Made by a program: the position numbers and the translations under genes. From an uncultured Bacteroidales bacterium (GTDB taxonomy: Bacteria > Bacteroidota > Bacteroidia > Bacteroidales > Muribaculaceae), in the NCBI GenBank assembly GCA_947176235.1, contig CAMWPM010000010.1, forward strand, positions 1,523 through 65,522: DNA of 64,000 bases, given 5' to 3'. The notes under the pieces were generated by a model that was not told where the DNA came from, searched no databases, and saw only the letters and a program-made list of their open reading frames with translations. Shown piece by piece: positions 9,064 to 18,641 of this stretch (position 1 is the stretch's first letter; every line of letters begins with the position of its first letter).

Positions 9064-9879
9064 ATGAGAACTCGAATACTTGTTATTGACGACGAAGAAT
9101 CCTGGTGCGACATCCTCCACTTCAACCTCGAAAAAGAAGGCTACGAAGTCGACTGTGCTAATAGCGCAGAGGAAGCCCTTGAGATGGATCTGTCGGTCTA
9201 TTCTCTCTTCATCGTCGACATTATGATGGATCGCATGAGCGGATTTGACTTCGCTAAGAGAGTCAAGAACAACCCCGCGCTCGAACTCACCCCCATCATC
9301 TTCTGTTCCGCTCTCAATGGTGAGGACGAGACCGTGATGGGACTCAATATCGGCGGCGACGACTATATCACAAAGCCCTTTGTCAATGCTGAGGTTATCG
9401 CCCGTGTACGTGCCGTCCTGCGCCGCGCCCACCTTCCCCAGGCAGGTGCTCCCGCTATTGCCGTGCATCCCGCCTACACCCCGTCCGTTCCTCCGGCAGT
9501 TCCCGTGATGCCCCGCGAGGCAGCACCTGTTCCCGCCGTACCCGCCGTACCCGTTCAGGAGAAGGACGAGAAGCCTTCTGCCGACATCGTTTTCAAGGGT
9601 CTCCGGATCAACGACACCGAGAAAACATGCTATATTGATGGTGAGCAGGTCATCCTCACTAAGACCGAATTTGCTATCCTGCAGTTCTTCCTCACACATC
9701 GCAACCGTGTTTACTCCCGCGACGAGATCCTTCATCATGTTTGGGGCGACGATCTGGTGGTTACCACCCGTGCCGTCGACACCAACATCACCCGCCTGCG
9801 CCCGAAAATCGGTGAATACCGCAAACATCTTGTAACCCGTCTCGGTTTTGGCTATGTTTTTAAAGAAGAAGCGAATTAG
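9064..9879 (+). CDS. OmpR/PhoB-family response regulator with an unusually long Pro/Ala/Val-rich interdomain linker
   Basis: I place the start at ATG 9064 (MRTRILVIDDEE), because position 9025 in the track is a TTG inside the promoter box. It has a receiver domain (IVDIMM acceptor Asp, KPF) and a winged-helix C-terminus (LTKTEFAILQFF...VDTNITRLRPKI...GFGYVF). Confidence 0.85.
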   Translation: MRTRILVIDDEESWCDILHFNLEKEGYEVDCANSAEEALEMDLSVYSLFIVDIMMDRMSGFDFAKRVKNNPALELTPIIFCSALNGEDETVMGLNIGGDDYITKPFVNAEVIARVRAVLRRAHLPQAGAPAIAVHPAYTPSVPPAVPVMPREAAPVPAVPAVPVQEKDEKPSADIVFKGLRINDTEKTCYIDGEQVILTKTEFAILQFFLTHRNRVYSRDEILHHVWGDDLVVTTRAVDTNITRLRPKIGEYRKHLVTRLGFGYVFKEEAN

Positions 9880-11362
9880 TTACCAGCTCAGGCTGTTTGT
9901 TCCTGTTGTCATCCTCACTTGGGGTGCTATTTTCGCGATTGCATTTTATCAGTACAATCGCGAAGTCGAACTCCGTAAGCTTGCCGTTCGCCACGACATT
10001 GAAGTAATCAATGCCCGTGTCCTCCACGCCTACGAGCATCCCAACGATAATGCCGGACCATTCCTCGACTTTGTCGCCGACTACTTCAACGACAAGACCG
10101 CCCTCGACGACATATTCATCTCCATCTACAGCATCCCCACAGGCGAGCTCCTCGACACTATCGGAGCGCCATTACCCCCGCAGCCCGACCAGATGCGTGG
10201 TTTCATACGCCCCGTCGATTTCACCGATGCCGCTGATTCTCCGAAGATGGCTGACGTCGACCCACACCGCTCATTCTACTATTCTTCACGCTACAGTAAG
10301 GATCGTGATGTCCTTGTAATCACAGCTCTCCCCTACAATGTCACCCTCGTCGACTCCCTCAAGGTCGGTTACGGTTTTTGGGTTGTCGTGATCATCATTA
10401 TGGTAGTGGCTACTTCAATCATCTTCTTCACCACTCGTCATCTGTCACGCAACATCTCCACCCTCCGCGATTTCGCAAACCGCGCATCACGCGACGGTTC
10501 GGAGATGGATCCGATCGAGACAGAATTTTCCAACGACGAGCTCGGTGACATTTCACGGCAGATAGTCGAGATCTACAACACTCGTCAGAACGCTATCCGG
10601 GCTCACGAACGCGAACACCGTATCGCACTCAATGCCGTCCGGGAGAAAGCACAGCTCAAGCGTCAGATGAGCAACAATATCTCCCACGAGCTTAAGACAC
10701 CTATCGGTATCGTCAAGGGCTACGTCGATACAATGATCGACAACCCCGACATGGACGAACAGGCGCGCCTCAACTTCCTCCATAAGGCGCAGAATCATGT
10801 GCAGCGAATGGTCAACATGCTCGACGACCTGTCCACAATCACCCGTCTCGAAGAAGTCGACGGCGTCATCAACACAGAGCGCCTTGACATGCACGATCTC
10901 GTCTACAGTCTTGCCAACGAAATCGAGGACTCTCAGATCGCCAATGGTTTCGACCTTGTCATCGACATCCCCGAGAACTGCACCGTGCGTGGTAATGAGA
11001 CGCTCATCAGTGCCGCACTCATGAACCTTGTCAAGAACTCCGTTGCCTATTCCAACGGTAATTGTATCGGCATCGAGCACGTATCCACCAACGATCGCTT
11101 CGCCACCTTCACTTTTTGGGACAACGGCGACGGCGTATCCGACGAGCATATCGGACACCTCTTCGAGCGCTTCTATCGTGTCGACAAAGGTCGTTCTCGC
11201 AAGAACGGAGGCACCGGACTCGGTCTGCCAATTGTTAAGAGTACCTTCAACAACCTTGGTGGCTCAATCCTCGTCAAGCATCATCAGGGTGGCGGTCTTG
11301 AATTCCAGTTCACCATACCTGTCTGGAAAGAAGGACGCGATCAGCCATCTAAGCGTAAATAA
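9854..11362 (+). CDS. sensor histidine kinase (two TM segments, HisKA plus HATPase_c)
   Basis: H-box NISHELKTPI, N-box LMNLVKNSVAYS, G-boxes FWDNGDG and GGTGLGLPIV. The first ATG is at 9854 (the track start 9848 is TTG). It overlaps the regulator's 3' end, so the two probably form an operon. Confidence 0.85.
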   Translation: MFLKKKRISYQLRLFVPVVILTWGAIFAIAFYQYNREVELRKLAVRHDIEVINARVLHAYEHPNDNAGPFLDFVADYFNDKTALDDIFISIYSIPTGELLDTIGAPLPPQPDQMRGFIRPVDFTDAADSPKMADVDPHRSFYYSSRYSKDRDVLVITALPYNVTLVDSLKVGYGFWVVVIIIMVVATSIIFFTTRHLSRNISTLRDFANRASRDGSEMDPIETEFSNDELGDISRQIVEIYNTRQNAIRAHEREHRIALNAVREKAQLKRQMSNNISHELKTPIGIVKGYVDTMIDNPDMDEQARLNFLHKAQNHVQRMVNMLDDLSTITRLEEVDGVINTERLDMHDLVYSLANEIEDSQIANGFDLVIDIPENCTVRGNETLISAALMNLVKNSVAYSNGNCIGIEHVSTNDRFATFTFWDNGDGVSDEHIGHLFERFYRVDKGRSRKNGGTGLGLPIVKSTFNNLGGSILVKHHQGGGLEFQFTIPVWKEGRDQPSKRK

Positions 11363-11377
11363 AAACGTCTTTACGGC

Positions 11378-12274
11378 ATGAACACCCTCCCTGCCGCCGA
11401 CGTCCTTTCTTCCGTCACGCTCTCCGACGAGCGCCGACGCTTCATTACGAGTCTCACCCCCCTTCTTGGCGACGGTGAGGCTCGCGCTGTTACCAGGCTT
11501 GCCATCGAGATTGTCACCGGGTGGTCACAGGTCGACATTGCCGTCCGCGACCGCGATTTCCTGTCTGAATTTCTCCTTGACCGGCTCGAAAAAGTCCTCG
11601 CAAGGCTCATGAAGGGCGAGCCGGTGCAGTATGTGGTAGGTTTCGCGCCATTTCACGGCAACCTCTATCGCGTCACACCCGCCACCCTCATTCCACGCCC
11701 CGAGACGTCGCAGCTCGTCGACATAATTCTTGACGACTGTGGCTCACGTCCCGACCTCCACGTATTCGACATCGCCACCGGTTCAGGTTGTATAGCCATC
11801 GCGCTCGCCCGCTCACTCCCCTTTGCTCGCGTCGAAGCCATCGACATTTCCCCCGAAGCCATCGATGTCGCACGTGATAACGCCTCGCGCCTCCGCGCCC
11901 GCGTCGACTTCTCCTGCGCCGACATGCTCCGCCTCTCCCCCCCTCCCACTCCATGCTTCGACGTTATCGTGAGCAATCCCCCTTACATCACGCCATCCGA
12001 AGCCGCAGAGATGGAGCGATCTGTCCTCGATTTCGAACCCCACACCGCCCTGTTCGCGCCCGCTTCCGATCCGATTCTTTTCTACCGTGCCATAGCCGGC
12101 TATTCCGTGAAGGCACTGAAGCCAGGATCTGCACTTTACCTTGAGATCAATCCCCTGCAGGCTGACACCCTTGTCGCCATGCTCCTCACTTGTGGCTTCG
12201 CATCTGCCGAAGTCCTCCTCGACGATCGCCGTATTCGTCGGTTCATTGTGGCAAAACTCCCCTCACAGTCATGA
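11378..12274 (+). CDS. prmC: peptide chain release factor N5-glutamine methyltransferase
   Basis: LIPRPETS, DIATGSGCIAIALA (SAM-binding) and IVSNPPYI (NPPY) motifs. Confidence 0.9.
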   Translation: MNTLPAADVLSSVTLSDERRRFITSLTPLLGDGEARAVTRLAIEIVTGWSQVDIAVRDRDFLSEFLLDRLEKVLARLMKGEPVQYVVGFAPFHGNLYRVTPATLIPRPETSQLVDIILDDCGSRPDLHVFDIATGSGCIAIALARSLPFARVEAIDISPEAIDVARDNASRLRARVDFSCADMLRLSPPPTPCFDVIVSNPPYITPSEAAEMERSVLDFEPHTALFAPASDPILFYRAIAGYSVKALKPGSALYLEINPLQADTLVAMLLTCGFASAEVLLDDRRIRRFIVAKLPSQS

Positions 12275-12789
12275 AAAGCGTCAGGTTGACAGTTGAGGAA
12301 GCTACCGCCCGCGCCGAAGCACTCTGCGCCCGGGCAGAGCGCTGTTCCCACGAGATCCTCACCCGTCTCGCCTCATGGGGACTATCCTCCTCTCAGGCGT
12401 CATCGGTTATCGACTCCCTCGTCAGCCGCCGGTACATCGACGATGCCCGCTTTGCTGCCGCGTTCGTCCGCGACAAATACCGTTTCGCTCGCTGGGGACG
12501 CCGCAAGATCGACCTTGCACTTCGTGCCCGGCGCATTCCCGCTCCCATCATCCGCGAGGCTCTTCTCGAAATCGATCCTGATCTTTATTCCAGTCAGCTT
12601 GTCGCTGTGCTCCGCTCCAAAGCCCGCGCGATGGGACCCGAAATGACCGACACATTCGACGGTCGTACACGCCTCTTCCGTCATGCTGCTTCACGCGGCT
12701 TTGAGCCCGACCTCATATCTCTGCTCATTTCCTCCCGCGCCTACCTCCCCGACGAAGCTGATCTATCCAATGATTATGATGCCGACTGA
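12271..12789 (+). CDS. recX: recombination regulator RecX
   Basis: MKSVRLTVEEATARAEALCARAERCSHEILTRL...YIDDARFAAAFVRDKYRFARWGRRKI matches the RecX helical repeats. The ATG overlaps the prmC stop (ATGA). Confidence 0.8.
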   Translation: MKSVRLTVEEATARAEALCARAERCSHEILTRLASWGLSSSQASSVIDSLVSRRYIDDARFAAAFVRDKYRFARWGRRKIDLALRARRIPAPIIREALLEIDPDLYSSQLVAVLRSKARAMGPEMTDTFDGRTRLFRHAASRGFEPDLISLLISSRAYLPDEADLSNDYDAD

Positions 12790-13501
12790 TTTCACATCTC
12801 TCCGCACATGGGTGTCCGAACTTGTGGACGTTGTCATGCCTCCCGTCTGCCCTGTATGCGGCAAGGCAATGTTACCCGGCGAACGCACCCTATGTCTCCA
12901 ATGTCGGTTTGAGTTGCCACGCATCGCCATCTCCGATTTCACCGACAACGAGATCCACACTCGTCTCGCCATGACTGCACGCCCCATCACACGCGCATCA
13001 TCTGTTTTCCACTATTTACCAGCCTCCCCCCACTCACGCATAGTTCTCGCTACGAAGTACGCCCGTCGGCCCGACGTCGGATGCTCATTGCTTGCCGAGC
13101 ATGCCCGCACACTCATGTCTCAAGGTTTCTTCGACGGGATTGACATGATTGTTCCGGTGCCGGTCCATTGGATCAAACGCCTCCGTCGCGGCTACAATCA
13201 GAGCGAGGAACTCGCACGCGCCGTGTCATCCGTCACTTCCATTCCGGTCATTTCCCTCATTTCAGCACGCCGTCACGGCACCCAGACTCACCGTTCCGCC
13301 TCCCTCCGTCTCGACAACGCCCGCTCCGCATTCCATGTATCCCCCACTGCGCCGGACCTCGCCGATGCTTCCCACATCCTTCTCATTGACGACGTAATCA
13401 CCACAGGTGCCACCCTCATCGCCTGCCGCGACATAATCCATGCACTCTCCCCCGCCACTGCGGTCTCCGTACTCACCCTCGCCCTCACACGCCTCCGTTG
13501 A
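12770..13501 (+). CDS. comF: ComF-family protein (phosphoribosyltransferase domain)
   Basis: An N-terminal CPVCG...CLQC zinc ribbon and a C-terminal PRTase motif ILLIDDVITTGATL. Start is ambiguous (ATGs at 12770, 12776 and 12779). Confidence 0.8.
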   Translation: MIMMPTDFTSLRTWVSELVDVVMPPVCPVCGKAMLPGERTLCLQCRFELPRIAISDFTDNEIHTRLAMTARPITRASSVFHYLPASPHSRIVLATKYARRPDVGCSLLAEHARTLMSQGFFDGIDMIVPVPVHWIKRLRRGYNQSEELARAVSSVTSIPVISLISARRHGTQTHRSASLRLDNARSAFHVSPTAPDLADASHILLIDDVITTGATLIACRDIIHALSPATAVSVLTLALTRLR

Positions 13502-13524
13502 TTTCATGCACAGACACAAAAAAT

Positions 13525-13567
13525 GCAGCATCCCGAAAGATATTTCCTTTGGCTTTCGGGATGCTGC
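13525..13567. terminator. hairpin terminator between convergent comF and the porin gene
   Basis: GCAGCATCCCGAAAG-N13-CTTTCGGGATGCTGC forms a perfect 15-bp stem. The A-run on the plus side gives a U-tract for the minus-strand transcript. Confidence 0.7.
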
Positions 13568-13584
13568 AATTGTAGTATGTTTCC

Positions 13585-14856
13585 TTAGAACGTTACGCTG
13601 AGCTGGCACTGAATGCGGTTGGTATGCTCGCTCGTGCCGTCAAAACTCTTTCTGTGTCCGTAGTCGTATTCTATACCGGCTGCCACGAATTTGTTTATAT
13701 TGTAAAGCACGTTGGCAGCCACATAATCTCCATATCTGTATTGGTCGCCGTTTATCTTGCCATTATCGCCGAGCCAGTTGGTGACATGACTGTAAACAAG
13801 ATTACTCGACACCTTGCTGGAGAAACAATAGTTCAGACCGCCGGTCACGCCCATCGTCTTCATCATCTCAAGCTTGCCGGCTGTCGTGGATTCCGACGCA
13901 TCAAGTCCCAGTCCGTTATCACCCTGTATGTATGTGCCGATTCCGAAGCCGTATGCGCCGTTCCACTGTGCCGAAAGTTTGTCAGTGATTTTCGTCATAC
14001 CCGACAGCTGTACGCCGCCCCCGACCATCGTCTTGTTCTCGTTCTTCACGATGTCTCTGTACTGAATTGTTCTCACGATTCCCGACAGTCTGATATGCCC
14101 GCTGCCTTCATCCCAGCCATATTGAAGATAGAGAGGGATGGTAGGAATCCGCTGGTTCACGGAAGCTGTCTTGGCGCCCTGACTGAGTGAGACGTTGGGA
14201 GCGTCGATACCGATGGCACCCGATAGATGATTCGTGAACTGCTGGGTCCAGTAGGCAGTGAAGAGCGTAAGCGACGGGTATCCGTTCGGGCCCTGATTGT
14301 CAATCGTCATCGGCTCTGCAGCGCCGTCAGTGAATGCACTGTTGGTGAAACCTGCCGTCAGACCGCGGTATTTGGCATAGAAATGCGACACGTTCAGTGA
14401 GCTGGCTGTGAAGTCAGTCTTGAAGAACAGACCCACCTGATTGTTCGTATGGGGCATCGCAAGCACATTCATGTACACTGATGACGTCTGCCATGCAAAT
14501 CGCAGATTGCTTCGGTTGCCGGGACTCGATTGTGTGATCGACGACGGTATGAAGTTGATTGCCGAGGGCATGTTGTCACCCCAGTCCATCACAGCCTCCC
14601 CCAGAAACTGTGCGCCGATACCGATATAGAACTGGCGCTCCTTGCCGATGATTGCAAATCTCGGCAGACCGTTGTCATGCGGTGTTGTAGGAGCATTCTC
14701 CTTCATCGCCTTTTCCACATCAGAGGCTCTGCCTGTGCTGTCGTTCACCACGACTGTCACCACGCCGTTCTCCATTGTTCTGTTATCACGCTGGGCACTG
14801 AGGCTCAGACTGCTGCATGCTATTGCTGCAACAGCTAATAATGTCGCTTTTTTCAT
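13585..14856 (-). CDS. outer-membrane beta-barrel porin-like protein
   Basis: I place the start at MKKATLLAVAAIACSSLSLSAQ (signal peptide). The sequence has alternating beta-strand character, is rich in aromatics and Gly, and ends in ...QLSVTF (terminal Phe, as in OMP barrels). The family assignment is tentative. Confidence 0.65.
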   Translation of the reverse strand: MKKATLLAVAAIACSSLSLSAQRDNRTMENGVVTVVVNDSTGRASDVEKAMKENAPTTPHDNGLPRFAIIGKERQFYIGIGAQFLGEAVMDWGDNMPSAINFIPSSITQSSPGNRSNLRFAWQTSSVYMNVLAMPHTNNQVGLFFKTDFTASSLNVSHFYAKYRGLTAGFTNSAFTDGAAEPMTIDNQGPNGYPSLTLFTAYWTQQFTNHLSGAIGIDAPNVSLSQGAKTASVNQRIPTIPLYLQYGWDEGSGHIRLSGIVRTIQYRDIVKNENKTMVGGGVQLSGMTKITDKLSAQWNGAYGFGIGTYIQGDNGLGLDASESTTAGKLEMMKTMGVTGGLNYCFSSKVSSNLVYSHVTNWLGDNGKINGDQYRYGDYVAANVLYNINKFVAAGIEYDYGHRKSFDGTSEHTNRIQCQLSVTF

Positions 14857-14928
14857 AGCAGTTTGTTTGTTTTTGTGTGTTTTCATAATGCACATGAATG
14901 GATTTCACAATGCGATTTTATTTTTATA

Positions 14929-14936
14929 CAAATTTA
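14929..14936 (-). promoter_or_regulatory. candidate -7 promoter box (TAAATTTG on the minus strand) for the porin gene
   Basis: The reverse complement of CAAATTTA equals TAAATTTG. It lies ~70 nt upstream of start 14856. Confidence 0.35.
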
Positions 14937-15201
14937 CTGCCCGTTTTGATTGATCCTACTGTCAAAAAAGCACAAAAAAATTTTCAACACCAAAAAAACA
15001 CCCCGGTTCTCCAACTTTTCCAGTTCCCTGGCGTTATCTTTTTATAATCGCGGAAATCACTCTGCTCAATCTCATCTGATTCCCGAAGTCCCCGGCGATG
15101 AGTCACATCTGAGTTTGCTCCATCCTGTGCATCGCCTTATCATTAAGAATTTTCTAACTAATTCACTTTATTAATAAACACACACCTCACCTTTTATCGT
15201 T

Positions 15202-16167
15202 ATGGACAAGACTATCTCACATGCCCAGATTAAGGCTGCTGTTCAGGAAGCCTACAATGAGTGCAAAGGAATCACCGGTGGTCACAACGCCGACTACATT
15301 CCCTTCCTTGCCAATGTCAACCCCGATCTTTTCGGTATCACCGTCACTCTTCTCGACGGCACTGTTATCAGTGTCGGCGACACCGAATATAAGTTCGGTA
15401 TCGAATCTGTGTCTAAGGTGCTCACCGCTATTCTGATCCTCAAGCAGCACGGCGCCGATGCGGTGCTGAAGCAGATTGGTGCCGACGCCACCGGTCTTCC
15501 CTTCAATTCCATTTTCGCGATCCTTCTCGAAAACGACCACCCCTCCACCCCCCTCGTCAATGCCGGTGCCATCACTGCCTGCTCAATGGTCGAGCCTAAG
15601 GGCGACTCCTGGGGGAAATGGGAAGCCATCATCAACAACATTAAGGACCTCTGCGGTTCCGAAGCCCAGGTTCTCGACGAACTCTACAAGTCGGAAAGCG
15701 ACACCAATTTCAACAATCGCGCCATCGCATGGCTCCTCAAGAACTACAACCGTATCTACGACGATGTGCCAATGAGTCTTGACCTCTACACCCGTCAGTG
15801 CTCGGTAGGAATCACGGCTTCTCAGCTTGCCATCTGCGCTGCCACAATCGCCAACGGAGGTCTCAACCCCGTCACCGGCGTACAGGTGTTCGATCCCGCG
15901 CTCGCACCTAAGATCACAACCCTCATTTCTTCTGTCGGTTTCTATCAGAACACCGGCGACTGGATGTACACCTCCGGTATTCCTGCAAAGAGCGGTGTCG
16001 GTGGTGGCGTGCTCGGAGTTCTCCCCGGCGTAATGGGCGTTGCTGCATTCGCTCCTCCATTGGATGAGGCTGGTAACTCCGTTAAGGCTCAGGCTGCTGT
16101 TAAGGCTATCATGAACAAGCTCGGGCTCGGAGTATTCAACGGCGACCGTGTCACCGTTGTCGAGTGA
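15202..16167 (+). CDS. glsA: glutaminase A
   Basis: DYIPFLANV, the catalytic FGIESVSKV motif (S-x-x-K), PLVNAGAI, and GIPAKSGVGGG are hallmarks of the beta-lactamase-fold glutaminase family. Confidence 0.93.
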   Translation: MDKTISHAQIKAAVQEAYNECKGITGGHNADYIPFLANVNPDLFGITVTLLDGTVISVGDTEYKFGIESVSKVLTAILILKQHGADAVLKQIGADATGLPFNSIFAILLENDHPSTPLVNAGAITACSMVEPKGDSWGKWEAIINNIKDLCGSEAQVLDELYKSESDTNFNNRAIAWLLKNYNRIYDDVPMSLDLYTRQCSVGITASQLAICAATIANGGLNPVTGVQVFDPALAPKITTLISSVGFYQNTGDWMYTSGIPAKSGVGGGVLGVLPGVMGVAAFAPPLDEAGNSVKAQAAVKAIMNKLGLGVFNGDRVTVVE

Positions 16168-16213
16168 TTTTGTCTATCCTTTTTCTCTAATTCTCACATA
16201 ATTTCTAATTGCT

Positions 16214-17530
16214 ATGCAAGTTAAAACAGGTAAAGGCCCCATCTCGATGATGGTCGTCCTCGCTATTTGGTCTCTGTCACTTGCCGTCGACCTCCCCGGT
16301 CTCGCCGTGACGCCTATCGAAGGTAGTCTTCGTAGTATTTTCACTGATGCAACCGATTTCAAGATTCAGCTGCTCACTGTTCTCCCCAACCTTGTGATCA
16401 TCCCCTTTGTGCTCCTCTCGGGCAAACTCTCCGAGTCAAAGCATAAGATTGCTGTGATCGCATTAGGCACGATTATGTACCTCGTTGCAGGTGTGCTGTC
16501 CATTTTCTCAAGCTCCCTCAACATGCTCATCATCCTGAGCTGTCTTCTCGGTGCCGGTTGCGGTCTTATTCTCCCGTTCTCCACTGGTCTTATCGCCGAC
16601 GTATTCACCGGTAAGTACCGTATGAAGCAGATGGGTATCATCTCGGCTATTGGTAACATCGCACTCGTCCTCGCCACTTTCGCCGTAGGCTACCTCGTTG
16701 CAGGCGACCTCTCCCACACGTGGCATCGTGCATTCTTCGTCTACCTCATCCCGCTTCTTTCGCTTGTATTGATCCCCTTCCTGCGTAAGATCCCGAAATC
16801 CGATTATTCAAGCGCTTCTGCTTCCGATGCTTCTTCTGCATCTTCCGCCTCTACCGCCACTGCTTCCGCTGCCACTGCAGCTGCCAAGCCCACTGTCCCC
16901 GCCGTTGATGCCGATGGTTTCTCCACTGCCGGACAGACCGTAAAGGGTGGGTTCTATGTCGGACGTACGGTATGGTTGCTGCTGGCTTACTTCTTCTTTG
17001 TATTTGCCACATGTATCCCCTGCTACTATCTGCCTAACTTCAAGTGGATCTCCTCGGAGGATGCCTCCACCATGACATCGGTGTTCTACTTCGCTATGTT
17101 CGTCGTAGGTCTCGCCCTGACTCCCGTCATGAAGGCTCTCCGCAAGACCACATTCGTCGTCGCAACCGCTATGATCGTAGGTAGCTTCGCCCTCTTCGTC
17201 TTCGTTCACAATAGTGTTGCAGTCTACATCATTGCTGCTGCCCTTTGCGGTCTCGGTAATGGTATCGCACAGCCTATCTTCTACACCAAGGCTACCGAAG
17301 TCGTTGTCAACGATTCTAAGTCCACTCTTTCCCTCGCCTACCTTCAGGTTGCCAACTATGTGGCTATCTCCCTCGTGCCCGTGATCATCGGTGCTGGGCA
17401 GAAGATTTTCAACACCACTTCCACGATGTTCCCCTTCATTTTCGTCGGCATCGCTTCTGCAATCGTACTCGTGTTCGTTGCCCTCCGCAGCCGTCACTTC
17501 GTATTCGGAATGTCAAAGAACTACTTCTGA
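16214..17530 (+). CDS. MFS transporter with a Ser/Ala/Thr-rich central loop
   Basis: About 12 hydrophobic segments in a 6+6 arrangement. They are split by the low-complexity cytoplasmic loop SASASDASSASSASTATASAATAAAKP. Confidence 0.8.
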   Translation: MQVKTGKGPISMMVVLAIWSLSLAVDLPGLAVTPIEGSLRSIFTDATDFKIQLLTVLPNLVIIPFVLLSGKLSESKHKIAVIALGTIMYLVAGVLSIFSSSLNMLIILSCLLGAGCGLILPFSTGLIADVFTGKYRMKQMGIISAIGNIALVLATFAVGYLVAGDLSHTWHRAFFVYLIPLLSLVLIPFLRKIPKSDYSSASASDASSASSASTATASAATAAAKPTVPAVDADGFSTAGQTVKGGFYVGRTVWLLLAYFFFVFATCIPCYYLPNFKWISSEDASTMTSVFYFAMFVVGLALTPVMKALRKTTFVVATAMIVGSFALFVFVHNSVAVYIIAAALCGLGNGIAQPIFYTKATEVVVNDSKSTLSLAYLQVANYVAISLVPVIIGAGQKIFNTTSTMFPFIFVGIASAIVLVFVALRSRHFVFGMSKNYF

Positions 17531-17543
17531 TCAAAAAACCCTA

Positions 17544-17578
17544 AACTCTTAACTCTTAACTCTCAACTCTCAACTATT
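17544..17578. repeat. tandem heptanucleotide array, 5 units (AACTCTT x2, AACTCTC x2, AACTATT), abutting the ansA ATG
   Basis: Read directly: aactctt aactctt aactctc aactctc aactatt ATG. Confidence 0.95.
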
Positions 17579-18616
17579 ATGACTGACACACAAAAACCCC
17601 GTATTCTGATCATCTATACCGGTGGTACCATCGGTATGGTCGAGACCCCCAATGGTCTCCAGCCTTTCGACTTCTCTCACCTTATGGACAACGTGCCTAA
17701 GATCGGCAATCTCGGCTACGACATTCAGTCCGTGCAGTTCCCCCAGCCCATTGATTCTTCCAACATGAATCCTACCTACTGGAATCAGATTGTCAAGGAC
17801 ATTGCCGACCGTTACGACGATTTCGACGGATTCGTTATCCTTCACGGCACCGACACGATGGCTTACACAGCATCTGCACTTGCATTCATGCTGCGCAACC
17901 TCCGCAAGCCTGTGGTCATCACCGGTTCGCAGCTTCCTATCGGCGATACCCGTGAGGATGGTACCGAGAACCTCATTTCTGCCCTTCAGGTTGCCGCCGC
18001 ACGCGACGAGAACGGCGATCCCATGATTCAGGAAGTCGTCATCTCATTCCAGGACTACATCGTCCGTGGCTGTCGTTCCACCAAGTTCACCTCTACAGGC
18101 TTCCACGCCTTCAAGAGCTTCAACTACCCCAACCTCGGCACAATCGACCTCCACATCGACTACGCAAAGCCATATCTCATGCGCCATGACACCAAGTTGC
18201 CCCTCGATCCTTTCTATTCGATGGATCCCAACATTCTTGTCCTCTGGCTCTACCCGGGCATTACGCCCGACGTCGTGAAGTCGCAGCTTGCCACACCCGG
18301 CATAAAGGCTGTCGTTCTCCGCACGTTTGGTGCCGGCAACGCTCCCACCGAGCAGTGGTTCCTCGATGCACTCACCGACGCTGTTTCCAAGGGACTCATC
18401 ATCTACAATGTCACCCAGTGTCTCAACGGTGGTGACGAGCAGAAGCGCTACTACACCGGCGACATGCTCTCAAAGGCTGGCGTGATAACAGGCTACGACA
18501 TCACTGTCGAAGCTGCCGTCACCAAGCTTATGTACCTTCTCGGATCCGGTCTCACCACCGATCAGATCAAGGACTATCTCACCACATCAATCGTCGGTGA
18601 GATCACCGTTGACTGA
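17579..18616 (+). CDS. ansA: type I (cytoplasmic) L-asparaginase
   Basis: ILIIYTGGTIGM (catalytic Thr motif), HGTDTM and VITGSQ motifs. There is no signal peptide. Confidence 0.9.
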   Translation: MTDTQKPRILIIYTGGTIGMVETPNGLQPFDFSHLMDNVPKIGNLGYDIQSVQFPQPIDSSNMNPTYWNQIVKDIADRYDDFDGFVILHGTDTMAYTASALAFMLRNLRKPVVITGSQLPIGDTREDGTENLISALQVAAARDENGDPMIQEVVISFQDYIVRGCRSTKFTSTGFHAFKSFNYPNLGTIDLHIDYAKPYLMRHDTKLPLDPFYSMDPNILVLWLYPGITPDVVKSQLATPGIKAVVLRTFGAGNAPTEQWFLDALTDAVSKGLIIYNVTQCLNGGDEQKRYYTGDMLSKAGVITGYDITVEAAVTKLMYLLGSGLTTDQIKDYLTTSIVGEITVD

Positions 18617-18641
18617 TCAATCCCGCTTAGATCCATCGAAT

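Noticed and set aside
7897-9828. A 643-aa minus-strand ORF spanning the 3' part of the DPP III gene, the intergenic region and most of the response-regulator gene.
   Set aside because: It is antisense to two genes with unambiguous family motifs. Its translation is V/G/D/E-rich with no recognisable domain, signal or start context. This is typical of a stop-poor shadow frame opposite GC3-rich coding sequence. The same reasoning applies to the other antisense ORFs, for example 678-1301, 3714-4277, 4553-5149, 5698-6195, 10553-11158, 16808-17497, 23222-23725, 25093-25668, 25921-26472, 26674-27330, 44843-45502, 49936-50538 and 62912-63430.
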